Source: a virus. Taken from it: a DNA stretch of 40,828 nt. The position numbers and the translations under genes are program-made. This document shows, one piece after another, positions 36,065 through 40,828 of this stretch. Under the pieces are notes generated by a model. It was not told the origin of the DNA, did no database searches, and saw nothing but the letters and a program-made list of their open reading frames with translations. The stretch lies in UHGV virus genome UHGV-0352991; one strand, 5' to 3'. Each line of letters starts with the position of its first letter. Within the stretch, counting starts at the first letter, position 1.

Positions 36065-36616
36065 ATGCCATTATTAAAAAACGATCAGTATACATCTGAA
36101 GACTACTGGAACCTACCGGAAGGCACCAGAGCAGAACTAATTGACGGAAAACTGTATGACATGGCACCACCCAGTCGAATCCACCAAAGACTTGTTTCTA
36201 AACTAACATCTGTTATTGATCAGTACATTAGTAATCATCACGGAAATTGTCAGGTATATCCTGCTCCATTTGCTGTTAATCTTGATGCTGATGATAAAGA
36301 CTGGGTAGAGCCAGATATTTCTGTTATCTGTGATCCTAATAAGCTTACCGATCGGGGATGCTCCGGAGCTCCTGACCTCATCTTCGAGATTGTATCCCCA
36401 TCTAGCCGCAAACTGGACTACGGGATAAAAAACGGCATTTATTCTCAGTCTGGTGTCCGCGAATACTGGATTGTGGATCCTGCGAAAGAGCGTGTCACCG
36501 TTTACCATTACGAAGATGATGCGGCTCCCGTAATCTACTCCTTCACGCAGGATATTCCGGTCGGAGTCTATCCGGGACTGACGATCAAAATTAATGATCT
36601 GTTGGAAAATTACTAA
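36065..36616 (+). CDS. Uma2/DUF820-family PD-(D/E)xK endonuclease
   Basis: PDLIFEIVSPSSRKLDYGIKNGIYSQSGVREYWIVDP matches the Uma2 signature. Confidence 0.65.
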   Translation: MPLLKNDQYTSEDYWNLPEGTRAELIDGKLYDMAPPSRIHQRLVSKLTSVIDQYISNHHGNCQVYPAPFAVNLDADDKDWVEPDISVICDPNKLTDRGCSGAPDLIFEIVSPSSRKLDYGIKNGIYSQSGVREYWIVDPAKERVTVYHYEDDAAPVIYSFTQDIPVGVYPGLTIKINDLLENY

Positions 36617-36644
36617 GCCACCTAAAAATGTTTAAACGGAGGGT

Positions 36645-37097
36645 ATGATGGACATCAATGAATATATTTCAACTCGACTTGATCCGCAAATTGAATGGTA
36701 TGATGAAAAATCAGTACACGCGCAAAAAAGATATAAACAATTTCAAGTAGTCGAAATCATTCTTGCCGCGTTCATACCTCTATTGTCCGGTTACACCTCA
36801 TTGTGTGATTTAATACCTATAATCATTGGTATTCTGGGTGCAATCATTGTGATTATCGAATCCGTTACAAAACTGTACAAGTATCATGAGAACTGGATTC
36901 AATACCGTTCCACCTGCGAAATGTTACTCTATCAAAAGCATTTGTACTTGACACGTTCTTTCCCTTACAATCCCAATGACGAGACTGTTGATAATATTTT
37001 TATCAAAAATGTGGAAGAGATCATGTCCGCAGAAAACCGCCATTGGAAAAGCATCAACACTGCAGAAAAAGGTAACTCAAAGCAGGATGCTAATTAA
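36645..37097 (+). CDS. SLATT-family (DUF4231) two-helix membrane protein
   Basis: [24 protein letters not shown], then two TM helices, then [13 protein letters not shown]. There is a 28-bp gap after Uma2 and an AGGG RBS. Confidence 0.55.
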   Translation: MMDINEYISTRLDPQIEWYDEKSVHAQKRYKQFQVVEIILAAFIPLLSGYTSLCDLIPIIIGILGAIIVIIESVTKLYKYHENWIQYRSTCEMLLYQKHLYLTRSFPYNPNDETVDNIFIKNVEEIMSAENRHWKSINTAEKGNSKQDAN

Positions 37098-37272
37098 TAC
37101 GCTCATAAGTCTTTTCAAAAATATCCGGCTTGCAGGGATATTTTTCCCCGTTTACACCAGTAATGATCCAGTCTCCCGGGGATGCTTTCATATCGCCTTC
37201 TAATGTGTGAATTATTTCCTCATGATCGATTTGATAAGCATCAACGATTACTGGTTTTTTACGAAATTTCAT
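37090..37272 (-). CDS. Conserved small phage protein (60 aa; [10 protein letters not shown] ... PGDWII)
   Basis: GAGGTGA RBS. It is convergent with SLATT and overlaps it by 8 nt. Confidence 0.4.
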   Translation of the reverse strand: MKFRKKPVIVDAYQIDHEEIIHTLEGDMKASPGDWIITGVNGEKYPCKPDIFEKTYERIN

Positions 37273-37308
37273 ATCTAATCACCTCATAATAATTGAAAGG
37301 AGAACCAA

Positions 37309-37728
37309 ATGCCAACTTTATACGATTACAGATTATTTATCAGCCACGCATGGAAATATGGTGCCGATTACGACAATCTTGTTAAATTGCTGAATAATGC
37401 CAATTACTTTTCATATCGCAATTATTCAGCCCCACGTGAGAAACCTCTTTTCCCAGCAGGAACACCAGCCACAAATGCTGAAATCAGAAGGCTTATCACG
37501 CAAAAAATCGCCCCATCTCAAATAACAATCGTCATTGCAGGTATGTACACTTCTTATCGCGAATGGATGCAATATGAAATTGATGAATCTGTGCGAATGG
37601 GCAAGCCAATTCTCGGCATCCGTCCATGGGGCAATACTATGATGCCCGCATATGTATCTTTGTATGCCAATGAGACTGTTGGATGGAACACAGACTCCAT
37701 CGTTTCTGCTATCCGCAGGCTCGTATAA
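37309..37728 (+). CDS. TIR-like domain protein (DUF1863 / ThsB-like)
   Basis: N-terminal LFISHAWKYGADYDNLVKLL resembles the bacterial TIR-like (v)FISY..d signature. GAAAGGAGAA RBS. Confidence 0.5.
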   Translation: MPTLYDYRLFISHAWKYGADYDNLVKLLNNANYFSYRNYSAPREKPLFPAGTPATNAEIRRLITQKIAPSQITIVIAGMYTSYREWMQYEIDESVRMGKPILGIRPWGNTMMPAYVSLYANETVGWNTDSIVSAIRRLV

Positions 37729-37961
37729 TTTATTATCTATACTTATAATATCATGTCATTTAGTTATATACAACAATTTGCAAAGTAAATGAAAAACCGC
37801 CCGGTATTGGCGTACCAAACGGCTTTACATAGATTTTCTCTTGCCAGTCTCCTGGCCAGATATAAATCAGTCTGAACACCTGAATTATATCATCTCCAGG
37901 ACGTCTGTGCAAGGGGAGTCTTTTTTGTACTCATTTTTACCTCAAAACAAAGGAATTTATC

Positions 37962-37977
37962 ATTGCGACGTCGCAAT
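37962..37977. promoter_or_regulatory. 16-bp perfect palindrome ATTGCGACGTCGCAAT (copy 2 of 3) just upstream of integrase RBS
   Basis: Read directly. Identical copies are at 40512-40527, and with a 14-bp core at 13665-13678. Confidence 0.5.
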
Positions 37978-37999
37978 CCAATCAAAGGAGAAATGATAT

Positions 38000-39145
38000 A
38001 TGCCAAGAAGAAAAAAGCACAGCCGCCTTCCCAACGGCTACGGCTCCATCCGCTACCTGGGAAAAAACCGGAAGAACCCATATGCAGTCCATCCGCCTGC
38101 AAATATCGACGGTGACCGCCCTGCAGCCCTCTGTTACGTTGATGACTGGATGAAGGGCTTCATCATACTGACTGCCTACAAAGCCGGCACTTATAAGCCT
38201 GGTATGGAAAAGGACCTGCAAGTATTATCTACAGACGAAAAGGATCTGGACACTCTGGCTCAGAAGCTCATGGCAGACTACAGCCTGATCAAGGGCGTAA
38301 CTCCACCAGAAAAGCCTAAGACCTTTGCAGACGTCTACCAGCTTTTCTATGCGAGAAAATTCCGCGAAGGCAATAAACTTTCAAAAAGCAGTAAAGATTC
38401 TATGAGAGCAGCCTACAGAAACTGTTCTATTCTTCATGATCGCCCATGGAACTCTTTAAAATCAGTCGATTTTCAAAATGTTTTAGACAACTGCCCTCTT
38501 AAGTATAGTAGCATCGAACTAATACGAAACCTTTTTCGCCAAATGTGTACTTTTGCCGTAGATACCGATATTTCTGATAAGAATTACGGACAAAAACTGA
38601 TAATCAATAAAGACGATGATGATGAACATGGCGTTCCACTTACTACCAGGGATTTATTGACTTTATGGTGCCATTCAGATAATGACACTGTAGAATTGCT
38701 CTTAATACTCTGCTATTCCGGCTGGCGTATTAATGAGGTTCCTAAATTACGCGTTGATCTGGAGAATGGTTACTACGAAGGCGGCATAAAAACCAAAGCT
38801 GGCAAAGACAGGATTGTTCCTATTCATTCTTCTGTCTATCCTCTTGTAAAACGCCGATATGAAAGATATGGCACTCTTTTACCTATAAGCACATGCGCTT
38901 TCAGGCAAAACATGTACCAGGTCTTAGCACAGTTGGGAATAGAAAAACACACACCACATGACTGCCGACACACATTCTCAAAATTTTGTGAACTCTATCA
39001 TGTAAATGAAAATGACAGAAAACGCATGCTTGGACATTCCTTTGGAAATGATGTTACTAACCGTGTTTACGGTCACCGTGATTTAAAAGATCTGAAAATG
39101 GAAATTGAGAAAATAGATAAAGAATATTTTGTGACTTTATTGTGA
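38000..39145 (+). CDS. int: Tyrosine site-specific integrase
   Basis: C-terminal catalytic region HDCRHTF ... LGHS...YGH (R-H-R-Y residues). It sits at the edge of the lysogeny module. Confidence 0.85.
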   Translation: MPRRKKHSRLPNGYGSIRYLGKNRKNPYAVHPPANIDGDRPAALCYVDDWMKGFIILTAYKAGTYKPGMEKDLQVLSTDEKDLDTLAQKLMADYSLIKGVTPPEKPKTFADVYQLFYARKFREGNKLSKSSKDSMRAAYRNCSILHDRPWNSLKSVDFQNVLDNCPLKYSSIELIRNLFRQMCTFAVDTDISDKNYGQKLIINKDDDDEHGVPLTTRDLLTLWCHSDNDTVELLLILCYSGWRINEVPKLRVDLENGYYEGGIKTKAGKDRIVPIHSSVYPLVKRRYERYGTLLPISTCAFRQNMYQVLAQLGIEKHTPHDCRHTFSKFCELYHVNENDRKRMLGHSFGNDVTNRVYGHRDLKDLKMEIEKIDKEYFVTLL

Positions 39146-39396
39146 CCAATAGACCCCAAGAATACCGATTTTTTCTAAAGGATTCAAAAGGCTGGAGATT
39201 GAAAGAAACCGCATAAAACCTTGGTTTTCATGCAGTTTCCGTTCAATTCCGATTACTTTAAAACGGTAAAGTTTTTAAGTATTATTTAAATTTAATATCA
39301 AGAAAAACCTTGTATTTCCTAGTTTTCTTATTTTATTTGTGACTTTATTGTGACTAATAGGGCAAAATAAACCTAAAGTTTTTAAGAGAATTTATA
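39127..39396. repeat. attP-like region: 24-bp direct repeat TTGTGACTTTATTGTGAC(C/T)AATAG (x2, first copy overlaps int stop) plus TAAAGTTTTTAAG x2 and AAACCTTG x2
   Basis: Repeats at ~39129-39152 and ~39337-39360. Shorter repeats at ~39269 and ~39375. The AT-rich non-coding region lies between int and the endolysin. Confidence 0.4.
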
Positions 39397-40164
39397 TTAT
39401 TTTACAAGGCCCGGATAATGGAGGGCGCCGTCCTGATCCGGAGTTAGGACTACTGGTTCAGTTGCCATGCGGCCGGTCTGATCCAGGTAGTACCACTTAC
39501 CACTGATCGTCTGAAGGCCTTTGAGCATGGCACCGTCAGGGCCAAGGTAATACCAGGAACCTTTGTATTGGTACCAGGTGTCATGGACCATCATTCCGGC
39601 ACCGTCGAACCAGTACCACTTATCACCGTCCTGCTGCCATTTGTCAGAGACGTATTCCCCGGATCCATCATCTTTATAGAAACGCCAACCGCCATTTTCC
39701 TGCTGCCAGCCCGTCTTAATTGTAACAGGTGTTAAAAATAGTTTTCGTTCTTCCTGGCGTCTCCTAGTAAGGCCTGCAAGGACCTTTCCGCCAGCTTTAT
39801 TGTATTCCAGGATCTTAGCCGCTATCTCAGAACGGGTACGAGCGCCTTTAGCCGTCAATCCATCAATGCTTCCGATGTTGTACGCAAAACTTACTAAGGC
39901 ATCATACTCGTTCTGGTTCCAGTTGTAAGCACTATACTTATCCACCTTTGGACCATACTTTTTATCTACAGACTGTCTTAACCAGTCATCTGCTGTAGCC
40001 TGACTGATTTTCAAGCCCTGACAGATGGTTGTGCCGGTAATGGCTTTATCTGCGTTAGTGGTGCCATAGCCGATAGTCCAGACACCTACAGCATCCTGGT
40101 AGGCGGTCAGGCGGCAGCCTTCAAATTTTTTTATGAGATTTAATCCATTATCTGATATTTTCAT
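39397..40164 (-). CDS. Endolysin: N-terminal lysozyme domain + C-terminal cell-wall-binding (choline-binding-type YG/WY) repeats
   Basis: LIKKFEGCRLTAYQDAVGVWTIGYG lysozyme signature. Repeats KWYWFDGAGMM, GSWYYLGPDGAM and GKWYYLDQTGRM. Confidence 0.8.
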   Translation of the reverse strand: MKISDNGLNLIKKFEGCRLTAYQDAVGVWTIGYGTTNADKAITGTTICQGLKISQATADDWLRQSVDKKYGPKVDKYSAYNWNQNEYDALVSFAYNIGSIDGLTAKGARTRSEIAAKILEYNKAGGKVLAGLTRRRQEERKLFLTPVTIKTGWQQENGGWRFYKDDGSGEYVSDKWQQDGDKWYWFDGAGMMVHDTWYQYKGSWYYLGPDGAMLKGLQTISGKWYYLDQTGRMATEPVVLTPDQDGALHYPGLVK

Positions 40165-40191
40165 AGCATTTCCTTTCTTCCAAATGGTATC

Positions 40192-40221
40192 TTGAAAAGA
40201 TTTTCTGCATATGCTATAATG
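40192..40221 (+). promoter_or_regulatory. Strong sigma-70-type promoter TTGAAA-17-TATAAT driving a short antisense RNA
   Basis: TTGAAAagattttctgcatatgcTATAAT read directly. Confidence 0.5.
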
Positions 40222-40226
40222 CCGTT

Positions 40227-40305
40227 AGGCAAAAAGAAATAAGTTTCCATGTTGGACACAAAAGCGAAAGCCCCTGAGTGGTCGAGACTCAGGGGCTTTC
40301 TTCCT
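40227..40305 (+). ncRNA. Candidate antitoxin sRNA (RNA II-like) of an Fst-type type I TA
   Basis: It runs from the promoter above to the bidirectional terminator. Bases 40230-40260 directly repeat 40393-40425, the antisense of the toxin RBS and start codon. Confidence 0.4.
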
Positions 40306-40309
40306 TTTT
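40266..40309. terminator. Bidirectional intrinsic terminator (AGCCCCTGAGT-loop-ACTCAGGGGCT + T-tract)
   Basis: An 11-bp perfect stem, then TTTCTTCCTTTTTT on the plus strand and TTCGCTTTT on the minus strand. Confidence 0.55.
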
Positions 40310-40331
40310 TAGCAGTTAGGCATCTGCAGGC

Positions 40332-40418
40332 TGGTTACCGACTATTTGCCGCCGTCCAACCATTTGATGATGTAGTGGCAAACTACACCAGCCGCAACAG
40401 CGACAATAAAAGAAATAA
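40332..40418 (-). CDS. Fst/Ldr-like type I toxin peptide (28 aa: MENLISFIVAVAAGVVCHYIIKWLDGGK)
   Basis: Strong RBS AAGGAAAGGGGG. Single TM helix plus charged tail. It is similar in length and pattern to Fst (MKDLMSLVIAPIFVGLVLEMISRVLDEEDDSRK). An extended -10 TGTTATAAT lies upstream. Confidence 0.4.
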
Positions 40419-40511
40419 GATTTTCCATGTCAGACACCCCCTTTCCTTACCGGGTATAGGGGCGGTAACTTTGATATTATAACATATGCATGATTTTTAT
40501 TCTACTGATTT

Positions 40512-40527
40512 ATTGCGACGTCGCAAT
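40512..40527. promoter_or_regulatory. 16-bp perfect palindrome ATTGCGACGTCGCAAT (copy 3 of 3), ~40 bp upstream of the toxin-peptide promoter
   Basis: Read directly. Confidence 0.5.
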
Positions 40528-40577
40528 TGGCAGCCATAACCCGGACTGCCTGCGGGAGATAGTCGGATCACCTCCTT

Positions 40578-40828
40578 CTACTTCTTGCTTGCCTGTTTGA
40601 TGACCTGGTGCGCTCCGGTTGCTGCCAGCCCGGATACAATGCCAATGGCTGCAGCGTTGATCACATCTGTTGCTGGAAACTCCGGCATGAGGTACATACC
40701 TGCTACACCCAGGATACCACCGGTCACTCCGCATACTACCGGGATAACCTCATCCTTGACCTTAGTAGTTGCCTTGCAGGCCATGCCACCAAGATAACAG
40801 ATTGCTGTGATCGCTGTTACACTTCCAA
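40578..40828 (-). CDS. Holin (partial; ORF open to the window edge)
   Basis: Hydrophobic helices GVTGGILGVAGMYLM and AAIGIVSGLAATGA with a charged C-terminus. The frame stays open upstream of the annotated Met to position 40828. It lies next to the endolysin. Confidence 0.5.
   Translation of the reverse strand, partial: GSVTAITAICYLGGMACKATTKVKDEVIPVVCGVTGGILGVAGMYLMPEFPATDVINAAAIGIVSGLAATGAHQVIKQASKK

Larger units (their letters stand above)
1..40828. mobile_element. Temperate siphovirus-like phage genome / prophage (lysis, lysogeny, replication, packaging, head and tail modules all present)
   Basis: Contiguous modules: terminase small/large, portal, scaffold, capsid, tail tube, G/T chaperones, tape measure, integrase, CI/Cro, endolysin. 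Gene density is high and genes overlap stop-to-start. Confidence 0.85.

Noticed and set aside
37890-38102. 70-aa minus-strand ORF overlapping the integrase start
   Set aside because: It is antisense to the integrase RBS and start and has no supporting signals.
40249-40482. 77-aa plus-strand ORF between endolysin and holin
   Set aside because: The region is better explained by the sRNA promoter, the bidirectional terminator and the antisense of the toxin-peptide gene.

Overview
The whole window is a near-complete temperate tailed-phage (siphovirus-like) genome or prophage of a Gram-positive, probably Clostridia-type, host. Almost all genes are on the minus strand and run right to left: a lysis cassette (holin, endolysin), early/replication genes, packaging, head, tail and tail-fibre genes, then a second holin-like gene at the far left. 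The replication module contains DUF2800, DUF2815, a family-A DNA polymerase, a VirE/P4-type primase, an iteron origin, a VRR-NUC nuclease, an SNF2 helicase and a MazG-like protein. Between positions 32.6 and 39.1 kb lies a divergently organised lysogeny module with two Cro-like XRE genes, a CI-like repressor, an ImmA protease and a tyrosine integrase. Embedded in that module is an AT-rich accessory island: a 341-aa orphan membrane protein, a Uma2/DUF820 nuclease, a SLATT/DUF4231 two-helix membrane protein and a TIR-like protein. I consider this island the best candidate for an undescribed anti-phage/abortive-infection system. Other notable elements are an Fst-like type I toxin peptide with a convergent antisense sRNA, a 16-bp perfect palindrome present three times, a phage-borne tRNA with anticodon UAU, a HEPN-like moron, and an attP-like repeat region next to the integrase. 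Product calls rest on motifs I can read directly from the ORF translations and on synteny; I ran no database searches. Coordinates of features I mapped by hand, i.e. those not in the ORF track, may be off by 1-2 nt.
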